Source: Eledone cirrhosa (taxonomy: Eukaryota). Taken from it: a DNA stretch of 64,000 nt. Made by a program: the position numbers and the translations under genes. This document shows positions 1-11,200 of this stretch, in pieces (within the stretch, counting starts at the first letter, position 1; the number at the start of each line of letters is the position of its first letter). The notes below the pieces were generated by a model. The model saw only the letters and a program-made list of their open reading frames with translations, was not told the DNA's origin and did no database searches. The stretch covers positions 257,114,001 through 257,178,000 of the forward strand of contig OZ024741.1 in the NCBI GenBank assembly GCA_964016885.1, read 5' to 3'.

Positions 1-3000
1 AGTGTTCTGACTTACGAGTGTTCTGACTTACGAGTGTTCCGACTTACGAGTGTTTCGACTTAAGAGTGTTTCGGATTACGAGTGCTTCGACTTACGAGTG
101 TTTCGGCTTTCGAGTGTTTCGACATACGAGTGTTTCGGGTTACGAGTGTTTCGACTTACGAATGTTTTCACTTACGAGTGTTTCCGCTTACGAGTGTTTC
201 GACTTACGAGTTTTTCGACTTACGAGTGTTTTGACTTACAGTTTTTCGGCTTGCGAGTATTTCGACATACGAGTGTTTTGACTTACGGGCGTTTCGACTT
301 ACGGGTGTTTCGACTTACGAGTGTTTCGACTTACGAGTGTTCTGACTTACGAGTGTTCTGACTTGCGAGTGTTCCGACTTACGAGTGTTTCGGCTTACGA
401 GTGTTTCGACATACGAGTGTTTTGACTTACGGATGTTTCAACTTACGGGTGTTTCGACTTACGAGTGTTTCGACTTACGAGTGTTCTGACTACGAGTGTT
501 TCGACTTACGAGTGTTTCGACTTACGAGTGTTTTTACTTACGAATGTTTTGCCTTACGGGTGTTCCGGTTTACGAGTGTTTCGACTTACGAGTATTCTGA
601 CTTACGAGTGTTCCGACTTACGGGTGTTTCGACTTACGAGTGTTTCGACTTACGAGTGTTCCGACCTATGAGGGTTTCGGCTTACTGGTGTTCCGACTTA
701 CGAGTATTTTCGGCTGACGAGTGTTTTCGAGTTACGAGTGTTTTGACTTACGATTGTTTCGGCTTACGAGTGTTTCGGCTTACGAGTGTTTTGATTTACG
801 AGTGTTTTGACTTACGGGTGTTTTGACTTACGCGTGTTTCGACTTACGAGTGTTTCGACTTACGAGTGTTTCGGCTTATGAGTGTTTCGAATTACGAGTG
901 TTTTGACTTACGGGTGTTTTGACATACGAGTGTTTCGGTACGAGTGTTCTGACTTACGAGTGTTCTGACTTACGAGTGTTCTGACTTACGAGTGTTCTGA
1001 CATACGGGTGTTCTGACTTACGAGTGTTCCGACTTACGAGTGTTTCGGCTATGAGTGTTTTGACTTACGGGTGTTTCGACTTACGGGTGTTTCAACTTAC
1101 GAGTGTTTCGACTTAAGTGTGTTTCCGCTTACGAGTGTTTCGGCTTACGCGTGTTTCGAATTACGAGTGTTTTGGCTTACGAATGTTTTGACTTACGGGT
1201 GTTTCGGTGTACGAGTGTTTCGACTTAAGGATGTTTCGACTTACGAGTGTTTCGACTTACAAGTGTTCCGACTTACGAGTGTTTCGACTTACGAGTGTTT
1301 TGGCTTACGAATGTTTTGACTTACGGGTGTTTCGACTTACGGGTGTTTCGGCTTACGAGTGTTTCGACTTACGAGTGTTACGACTTACGAGTGTTCTGAC
1401 TTACGAGTGTTCTGACTTACGAGTGTTCCGACTTAAGAGTGTTCCGACTTACGAGTGTTTCGGCTTACGAGTGTTTCGGCTTACGAGTGTTTCGGCTTAC
1501 GAGTGTTTTGACTTACGAGTGTTCTGACTACGAGTTTTCTGACTTACGGGTGTTCTGACTTACGAGTGTTCCGACTTACGAGTGTTTCGGCTAATGAGTG
1601 TTTCGACTTACGGGCGTTTCGACTTACGGGTGTTTCGACTTACGAGTGGTTTGACTTACGAGTGTTCTGACTTACGAGTGTTCTGAATTACGAGAGTTCC
1701 GACTTACGACTGTTTCGACTTACGAGTGTTTTGACTTACGAGTGTTCCGACTTACGAGTGTTTCGGCTTACGGGTGTTTCGACGTACGAGTATTTTTGGC
1801 TTACGAGTGTTTCTACTTACGAGTGTTTTGAATTACGATTGTTTCGGCTTACGAGTGTTTCGACTTACGAGTATTTCGACTTACGAGTTTTTTTACTTAC
1901 GGTGTTTCGGCTTACGAGTGTTTCGACTTATGAGTGTTCTGATTTACGGATGTTTCGACATACGAGTGTTTTGACTTACGGTGTTTCGACTTACGAGTGT
2001 TTCGACTTACGAGTGTTTCGACTTACGGGTGTTTCGACTTACGAGTGTTTCGACTTACGAGTGTTTCGACTTACGGGTGTTTCGGCTTACGAGTGTTTCG
2101 ACTTACGAGTGTTCTGACTTACGAGTGTTCTGACTTACGAGTGTTCCGGCTTACGAGTGTTTCTACTTACGAGTGTTTCGACTTACGGGTGTTTTGACTT
2201 ACGGGTGTTTCGGCTTACGAGTGTTTCGACTTACGAGTGTTTTGACTTAAGTGTGTTTCGACTTACGAGTATTTTTGGCTTACGAGTGTTTCGACTTACG
2301 AGTGTTTTGACTTACGAGTGTTCTAATTTACGGATGTTTCGACATACGAGTGTTTTGACTTACGAGTGTTTCGACTTACGAGTATTTCGACTTACGAGTG
2401 TTTCGGCTTACGAGTGGTTTGACTTACGAGTGTTCTGACTACGAGTGTTTTGACTTACGAGTGTTTCGGCTTATGAGTGTTTCGACTTACGAGTGTTTCG
2501 GCTTATGAGTGTTTCGACTTACGAGTGTTTCGGTTTACGAGTGTTTCGACTTACGATTGTTTCGACTTACGGGTGTTTCGACTTACGAGTGTTTCGACTA
2601 CGAGTGTTTAGACTTACGAGTGTTTCGGCTTACGAGTGTTTCGACATACGGGTGTTTCGACTTACGATGTTTCGGCTTACGAGTGTTTCGACTTACGAGT
2701 GTTCTGACTTACGAGTGTTCCGACTTACGAGTGTTTCGGCTTACGAGTGTTTCGGCTTACGAGTGTTTCGACTTACGAGTGTTTCGACTTACGTGTGTTT
2801 CGACTTACGAGTGTTTCGACTTACGAGTGTTTTGAGATACGGTGTTTCGGCTTACGAGTCTTTCGACTTACGAGTGTTTTGACATACGGTGTTTCGGCTT
2901 ACGAGTGTTTCGACATACGAGTGTTTTGACTTACGGGTGTTTCGACTTTCGGGTGTTTCGACTTAAGAGTGTTTCGACTTACGAGCGCTTCGACTTACGA

Positions 3001-3365
3001 GTGTTCTGACTTACGAGTGTTCCGACTTACGAGTGTTTCTGCTTACGAGTGTTCCGACTTACGAGTGTTTCGACTTACGAGTGTTTCGGCGTACGAATGT
3101 TTTGACTTACGGTGTTTGGACTTACGAGTGTTTGGACTTACGAGTGTTTTGACTTACTGGTGTTTTGACATACGAGTGTTTCGATACGAGTGTTTCGACT
3201 TACGAGTGTTCTGACTTACGAGTGTTCTGACTTACGAGTGTTCTGACTTACGAGTGTTCTAACTTACGAGTGTTCTGACTTACGAGTGTTCTGACTTACG
3301 AGTGTTCCGACTTACGAGTGTTTCGGCTCACGAGTGTTTCGGCTTACGAGTGTTTCGACTTACGA

Positions 3366-3434
3366 AAATAACAAATAGACGCGGTTTCAAATCTCTATGC
3401 TTTTCAAATTCATTACATTAATCTTTATTTATAC
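3366..3434 (+). repeat. 69-bp AT-rich spacer, copy 1 (subtype A: ctctatg / caaattcatt)
   Basis: aaataacaaatagacgcggtttcaaatctctatgcttttcaaattcattacattaatctttatttatac lies between ...gacttacga and gtttcgctttacga... Confidence 0.95.
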
Positions 3435-3986
3435 GTTTCGCTTTACGAGTGTTTCGACTTACGAGTGTTTCGACTTACGAGTGTTTCGGCTTACGAGTGT
3501 TTTGACTTACGAGTGTTTTGACTTACATGTGTTTCGACTTACGCGTGTTTCGACTTACGAGTGTTTCGACTTGCGTGTGTTTCGACTACGGGTGTTTCGA
3601 CTTACGAATGTTTTGACTTACGGATGTTTTGACTTACGGGTGTTTCGGCTTACGAGTGTTTCGACTTACGAGTGTTTTGACATACGGTGTTTCGGCTTAC
3701 GAGCGTTTCGACATACGAGTGTTTTGACTTACGGGTGTTTCGACTTACGGGTGTTTCGACTTAAGAGTGTTTCGACTTACGAGCGCTTCGACTTACGAGT
3801 GTTCTGACTTACGAGTGTTCCGACTTACGAGTGTTTCTGCTTACGAGTGTTTCGACTTACGAGTGTTTGGGCTTACGAGTGTTTCAGTGTTTCGGCTTAC
3901 GTGTGTTTCGACTTACGAGTGTTTCGATTTACGAGTGTTTCGGCTTACGAGTGTTTCGGCTTACGAGTGTTTCGGCTTATTATATA

Positions 3987-4065
3987 TAAACGTTTCTATT
4001 TCCATCGTTTTATCGTAAACGTTTATATATTTCCATCGTTATATCATAACGTTTATATTTCCGTC
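3987..4065 (+). repeat. Degenerate ~30-bp minisatellite, ~2.6 copies, inside the long insert
   Basis: taaacgtttctatttccatcgttttatcg / taaacgtttatatatttccatcgttatatca / taacgtttatatttccgtc. Also present in the second insert copy at ~23049-23127. Confidence 0.85.
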
Positions 4066-4241
4066 ACTAATCTCTTTTTCTCCTTTTTCGTTTTAACATA
4101 TATTTATTTCAAAGATTTCACCGTATAGATAACATATATATTTATACATGCATAAAAGACACACTGAGAGACGGTGAACATGTGGTGCGAAAAACATTTC
4201 TAATCCAAATCTCAACAATATCAGTATATACACTAGATTTG

Positions 4242-4278
4242 CTAGCAGAAAACCGCCCACCGGGTGGTTTTCTGCTAG
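4242..4278. other. 37-bp palindromic hairpin ending in CTAG (Helitron 3'-end-like)
   Basis: CTAGCAGAAAACC-G-CCC-ACC-GGG-T-GGTTTTCTGCTAG: 13 perfect pairs, one G/T mismatch, 3 further pairs and a 3-nt loop. Confidence 0.9.
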
Positions 4279-4295
4279 TCTATATATATAAAACC

Positions 4296-4685
4296 GAGGA
4301 TGTCTGTCTGTGTGTGAGTTTGAATCCCTAAAACTCGAGAACCACCCAACCGACTGTTTTCAAACTTTACACATGTAATACTTACGTTTCAGGGAGTGTT
4401 CTGAGCAAAAAATATTTCAAATTTTCAATGCCCTAGGGACCACATTAGGCGATTTAGCGATCTCTCTCTATAATTCTTAGTCTTTCTCTTTTTAGATAGA
4501 TACATACATATAACGTCGTGCCCTTATAATATCTGTCTGTATGTCTGGCTGTCTGCATTACGTCACTTCCCTGAGGATGTCTGTCTGGGTGTGTGTTTGT
4601 GAGTTTGAATCCCTAAAATGCGAGAAGTACCCAACCGATTTTTTTCAAACTTTACATGTGTATTACTTATGTTTCAGGGAGTGTT
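4296..4685 (+). repeat. Diverged ~105-113-bp internal direct repeat in the long insert (4296-4400 and 4573-4685)
   Basis: Both copies read gaggatgtctgtctg..gtgagtttgaatccctaaaa..cgagaa..acccaaccga....tttcaaactttaca..tgta.tactta.gtttcagggagtgtt. Confidence 0.9.
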
Positions 4686-7600
4686 TGTTATGCACATAAA
4701 ATTCAACCTTTTGATCTGGTGTTTCGACTTACGAGTGTTTCGACTTACGAGTGTTTCGACTTACGAGTGTTTTGACTTACGAGTGTTTTGACTTACGGTA
4801 TTTCTGCTTACGAGTGTTTCGTCTTACGAGTGTTCTGAGCTACGAGTGTTCTGACTTACGAGTTTTTCGACTTACGAGTGTTTTGACTTACGGGTGTTTC
4901 GACTTGCGAGTGTTTCGAGTTACGAGTGTTTCGAGTTACGAGTGTTTCGACTTACGAGTATTTTGACTTACGAATGTTCTGACTTACGGGTGTTTCGGCT
5001 TCCGAGTGTTTCGACTTACGAGTGTTATAACTTGCGGGTGTTTCGACTTACGCGTGTTTTGACTTACGGGCGTTTCGACTTAGGAGTGTTTCGACTACGA
5101 ATGTTCCGACATACGAGTGTTTCGACTTACGAGTGTTTCGACTTACGAGTGTTCTGACTTACGAGTGTTCCGACTTACGAGTGTTTCGGCTTACGATTGT
5201 TTCGACTTACGAGTGTTTCGGTTAACGAGTGTTTCGACTTACGAGTGATTCGACTTACGAGTGTTCCGACTTACGAGTATTACGACTTACGAGTGTTCCG
5301 ACTTACGAGTGTTTCGGCTTACGAGTGTTTCGGCTTACGAGTGTTTCGACTTACTAGTGTTTCGGCTTACGAGTGTTTCGACTTACGGGTGTTTCGGCTT
5401 ACGAGTGTTTCGACTTACGAGTGTTTCGACTTACGAGTGTTTTGACATACGGTGTTTCGGCTTACGAGCGTTTCGACATACGAGTGTTTTGACTTACGGG
5501 TGTTTCGACTTACGGGTGTTTCGACTTAAGAGTGTTTCGACTTACGAGCGCTTCGACTTACGAGCGTTCTGACTTACGAGTGTTCCGACTTACGAGTGTT
5601 TCTGCTTACGAGTGTTTCGACTTACGAGTGTTTCGACTTACGAGTGTTTCGACTTACGAATGTTTCGACTTACGGGTGTTTCGGCTTACGAGTGTTTCGA
5701 CTTACGAGTGTTTCGACTTACGAATGTTTCGACTTACGGGTGTTTCGGCTTACGAGTGGTTTGACTTACGAGTGTTCTGACTTACGAGTGTTCCGGCCTA
5801 CGAGTTTTTCGACTTACGAGTGTTTCGACTTACGAGTGTTTCGACTTACGAGTGTTTCGGCTTACGAGTGGTTTGACTTACGAGTGTTCTGACTACGAGT
5901 GTTCTGACTTACTAGTGTTTCGGCTTACGAGTGTTTCGACTTACGGGTGTTTCGACTTACGGTTGTTTTGACATACGAGTGTTTCGATACGAGTGCTCTG
6001 ACTTACGAGTGTTCTGACTTACGAGTGTTCTGACTTACGAGTGTTCTGACTTACGGGTGTTCTGACTTACGAGTGTTCCGACTTACGAGTGTTTCGGCTT
6101 ACGAGTGTTTCGGCTTACGAATGTTTCGGCTTACGAGTGTTTTGACTTACGAGTGTTCTGACTACGAGTGTTCTGACTTACGGGTGTTCTGATTTACGAG
6201 TGTTCCGACTTACGACTGTTCCGACTTACGAGTGTTTCGGCTTACGGGTGTTTCGACGTACGAGTATTTTTGGCTTACGAGTGTTTCGAGTTACGAGTGT
6301 TTTGAATTACGATTGTTTCGGCTTACGAGTGTTTCGACTTACGAGTATTTCGACTTACGAGTTTTTTTACTTACGTTGTTTCGGCTTACGAGTGTTTCGA
6401 CTTACGAGTGTTTCGACTTACGGCTGTTTTGACATACGAGTGTTTCGATACGAGTGCTCTGACTTACGAGTGTTCTGACTTACGAGTGTTCTGACTTACG
6501 AGTGTTCTGACTTACGGGTGTTCTGACTTACGTGTGTTCCGACTTACGAGTGTTTCGGCTATGGGTGTTTCGACTTACGAGTGTTTCGACTTACGAATGT
6601 TTTGGCTTACAAGTGTTTCGGCTTACGAGTGTTTCGACTTACGAATGTTTGGCTTACGAGTGTTTCGGCTTATGGGTGTTTCGACTTACGAGTGTTTCGA
6701 CTTACGAGTGTTTTGACTTACGGTGTTTCGGCTTACAAGTTATTCGACATACGAGTGTTTCGACTTACGGGTGTTTCGACTTACGAGTGTTTCGACTTAC
6801 GAGTGTTCTGACTTACGAGTGTTCTGACTTACGAGTGTTCTGACTTACGAGTGTTCCGACTTACGAGTGTTCCGACTTACGAGTGTTTTGACTTACGAGT
6901 CTTCTGACTTACGAGTGTTCCGACTTACGAGTGTTCCGACTTACGAGTGTTTCGGCTTACGAGTGTTTCGGCTTACTAATGTTTTTACTTACGAGTGTTT
7001 CGGTGTACGTGTTTCGACTTAAGGATGTTTCGACTTACGAGTGTTTCGACTTACGAGTGTTTCGACTTACGAGTGTTTCGACTTACGAGTGTTCCGACTT
7101 ACGAGTGTTCCGACTTACGAGTGTTTCGGCTTACGAGTGTTTCGGCTTACGAATGTTTCGGCTTACGAGTGTTTTGACTTACGAGTGTTCTGACTACGAG
7201 TGTTCTGACTTACGGGTGTTCTGACTTACGAGTGTTCCGACTTACGAGTGTTTCGGCTAATGAGTGTTTCGACTTACGGGCGTTTCGACTTACGGGTGTT
7301 TCGACTTACGAGTGTTTTGACTTAAGAGTGTTCTGACTTACGAGTGTTCTGACTTACGAGTGTTCCGACTTACGACTGTTTCGACTTACGAGTGTTTTGA
7401 CTTACGAGTGTTCCGACTTACGATTGTTTCGGTTTACGGGTGTTTCGACGTACGAGTATTTTTGGCTTACGAGTGTTTCGACTTACGAGTGTTTTGAATT
7501 ACGATTGTTTCGGCTTACGAGTGTTTCGACTTACGAGTATTTCGACTTACGAGTTTTTTTACTTACGGTGTTTCGGCTTACGAGTGTTTCGACTTATGAG

Positions 7601-8140
7601 TGTTTCGACTTACGAGTGTTCTGACTTACGAGTGTTCTGACTTGCGAGTGTTCCGACTTACGAGTGTTTCGGCTTACGAGTGTTTCGACATACGAGTGTT
7701 TTGACTTACGGATGTTTCGACTTACGGGTGTTTCGACTTACGAGTGTTTCGACTTACGAGTGTTCTGACTGCGAGTGTTCTGACTTACGGGTGTTTCGAC
7801 TTACGTGTGTTTCGACTTACGAGTGTTCCGACCTACGAGGTTTTCAGCTTACGGGTGTTCCGGCTTATGAGTATTTTCGGCTTACGTGTGTTTCGACTTA
7901 CGAGTGTTTTGACTTACGTTGTTTCGGCTTACGAGTGTTTCGACTTACGAGTGTTTCGACTTACGAGTGTTTTGACTTACGGGTGTTTTGACATACGAGT
8001 GTTTCGACACGAGTGTTCTGACTTAAGAGTGTTCTGACTTACGAGTGTTCTGACTTACGAGTGTTCTGACTTACGAGTGTTCTGACTTACGAGTGTTCTG
8101 ACTTACGAGTGTTCTGACTTACGAGTGTTTCGACTTACGA

Positions 8141-8209
8141 AAATAACAAATAGACGCGGTTTCAAATCTCTATGCTTTTCAAGTTCATTACATTAATCTT
8201 TATTTATAC
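8141..8209 (+). repeat. 69-bp spacer, copy 2 (subtype B: ctctatg / caagttcatt)
   Basis: Same sequence as copy 1 with an A>G change, followed by gtttcgctttacgaatg. Confidence 0.95.
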
Positions 8210-11200
8210 GTTTCGCTTTACGAATGTTTCGACTTACGAGTGTTTCGACTTACGAGTGTTTCGACTTACGAGTGTTTCGGCTTACGAGTGTTTTGACTTA
8301 CGAGATTTTTGACTTACGGGTCTTTCGACTTACGCGTGTTTCCACTTACGAGTGTTCTGACTTACGAGTGTTCTGACTTACGAGTGTTCCGACTTACGAG
8401 TGTTTCGACTTACGAGTGTTTTGGCTTACGAGTGTTTTGACTTAAGGGTGTTTCGACTTACGAGTGTTTCGATACGAGTATTTCGACTTACGAGTGTCTC
8501 GGCTTACGAGTGTTTCGACTTACGAGTGTTTCGACTTACGAGTGTTCTGATTTACGGATGTTTCGACATACGAGTGTTTCGACTTACGAGTGTTTCGACT
8601 TACGAGTGTTTTGACATACGGGTGTTTTGACATACGAGTGTTTCGATACGAGTGTTTCGACTTACGAGTGTTCTGACTTACGAGTGTTCTGACTTACGAG
8701 TGTTCTGACTTACGAGTGTTCTGACTTACGAGTGTTCCGACTTACGAGTGTTCCGACTTACGAGTGTTTCGGCTTACGAGTGTTTCGGCTTACGAGTGTT
8801 TCGACTTACGAGTGTTTCGACTTACGAGTGTTCCGACTTACGGGTGTTTCGACTTACGAGTGTTTTGGCTTACGGTGTTTCGGCTTACGAGTGTTTCGAC
8901 TTACGATTGTTTTGACTTACGGGTGTTTTGACATACGAGTGTTTCGAGACGAGTGCTCTGACTTACGAGTGTTCTGACTTACGAGTGTTCTGACTTACGA
9001 GTGTTCTGACTTACGGGTGTTCTGACTTACGAGTGAACCGACTTACGAGTGTTTCGGCTAATGAGTGTTTCGACTTACGGGCGTTTCGACTTACGGGTGT
9101 TTCGACTTACGAGAGTTTTGACTTACGAGTGTTCTGACTTACGAGTGTTCTGACTTACGAGTGTTCCGACTTACGACTGTTTCGACTTACGAGGGTTTTG
9201 ACTTACGAGTGTTCCGACTTACGAGTGTTTCGGCTTACGGGTGTTTCGACGTACGAGTATTTTTGGATTACGAGTGTTTCGACTTACGAGTGTTTTGAAT
9301 TACGATTGTTTCGGCTTACGAGTGTTTCGACTTACGAGTATTTCGACTTACGAGTGTTTTGACTTACGGGTGTTTTGACATACGAGTGTTTCGATACGAG
9401 TGCTCTGACTTACGAGTGTTCTGACTTACGAGTGTTCTGACTTACGAGTGTTCTGACTTACGGGTGTTCTGACTTACGTGTGTTCCGACTTACGAGTGTT
9501 TCGGCTATGGGTGTTTCGACTTACGAGTGTTTCGACTTACGAATGTTTTGGCTTACGAGTGTTTCGGCTTACGAGTGTTTCGACTTACGAATATTTTGAC
9601 TTACGAGTGTTTCGGCTTATGGGTGTTTCGACTTACGAGTGTTTCGACTTACGAGTGTTTTGACTTACGCTGTTTCGGCTGACAAGTTATTCGACATACG
9701 AGTGTTTCGACTTACGGGTGTTTCGACTTACGGGTGTTTCGACTTACGAGTGTTTCGAGTTATGAGTGTTTCGACTTACGAGTGTTCTGACTTACGAGTG
9801 TTCTGACTTGCGAGTGTTCCGACTTACGAGTGTTTCGGCTTACGAGTGTTTCGACATACGAGTGTTTTGACTTACGGGTGTTTCGACTTACGGGTGTTTC
9901 GACTTACGAGTGTTTCGACATACGAGTGTTCTGACTACGAGTGTTCTGACTTACGGGTGCTCTGACTTACGAGTGTTTCGACTTACGAGTGTTTCGACTT
10001 ACGAGTGTTTCGACTTACGAGTGTTTCGGCTTACGAGTGTTTCGACTTACTAATGTTTTTACTTACGAGTGTTTCGGTGTACGAGTGTTTCGACTTAAGG
10101 ATGTTTCGACTTACGAGTGTTTCGACTTACGAGTGTTTCGGCTTACGTGAGTTTCGACTTAAGAGTGTTCTGATTTACGAGTGTTTTGACTTGCGGGTGT
10201 TCTGATTTACGAGTGTTCCGACTTACGAGTGTTTCGGCTTATGAGTGTTTCGACTTACGAGTGTTTCGGCTTACGAGTGTTTCGACTTATGGGCGTTTCG
10301 ACTTACGAGTGTTTTTACTTACGGTGTTTCGGCTTACGAGTGCTTCGACATACGAGTGTTTTGACTTACGTGTGCTTCAACTTACGAGTGTTTTGACTTA
10401 CGAATGTTTTGACTTACGAGTGTTTCGGCGTACGAGAGTTTTGACTTACGAGTGTTTCTACTTACGAGTGTTTCGACTTACGAGTGTTTTGACTTACGAA
10501 TGTTTTGACTTACGGGTGTTTCGGCTTACGAGTGTTTCGACTTACGAGTCTTTCGGCTTACGAGTGTTTCGACTTACTAATGTTTTTACTTAGGAGTGTT
10601 TCGGCGTACGAGTGTTTCGACTTACGAGTGTTTTTACTTAAGGGTGTTTCGACTTACGAGTATTTTTGGCTTACGAGTGTTTCGACTTACGAGTGTTTTG
10701 ACTTACGAGTGTTCTGATTTACGGATGTTTCGACATACGAGTGTTTTGACTTACGATGTTTCGACTTACGGGTGTTTCGACTTACGGGTGTTTCGACTTA
10801 CGAGTGTTTCGAGTTATGAGTGTTTCGACTTACGAGTGTTCTGACTTACGAGTGTTCTGACTTGCGAGTGTTCCGACTTACGAGTGTTTCGGCTTACGAG
10901 TGTTTCGACATACGAGTGTTTTGACTTACGTGTGCTTCAACTTACGAGTGTTTTGACTTACGAATGTTTTGACTTACGAGTGTTTCGGCGTACGAGAGTT
11001 TTGACTTACGAGTGTTTCTACTTACGAGTGTTTCGACTTACGAGTGTTCTGACTTACGAGTGTTCTGACTTACGAGTGTTCCGGCTTACGAGTTTTTCGA
11101 CTTACGAGTGTTTCGACTTACGAGTGTTTCGACTTACGAGTGTTTCGACTTACGAGTGTTTCGGCTTACGAGTGGTTTGACTTACGAGTGTTCTGACTAC

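Larger units (their letters stand above)
3980..4718 (+). mobile_element. ~739-bp non-satellite insert, copy 1; putative non-autonomous Helitron-like fragment(s)
   Basis: AT-rich unique sequence with a hairpin ending in CTAG (4242-4278), followed at once by TCTATATATATAAAA and a (CTGT)n/(GT)n tract. No target-site duplication and no transposase ORF. The Helitron call comes from end motifs only. Confidence 0.6.

Noticed and set aside
3397-3807. ORFs beginning MLFKFITLIFIYTF (signal-peptide-like) at spacer copies
   Set aside because: The hydrophobic start reflects AT-rich DNA and reads straight into satellite. The frame is broken in copy 3 and the ORF lengths vary arbitrarily.
4242-4278. Rho-independent terminator or pre-miRNA
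   Set aside because: There is no upstream gene, no U-tract after the stem and no prokaryotic context. The stem is too short for a typical pre-miRNA.
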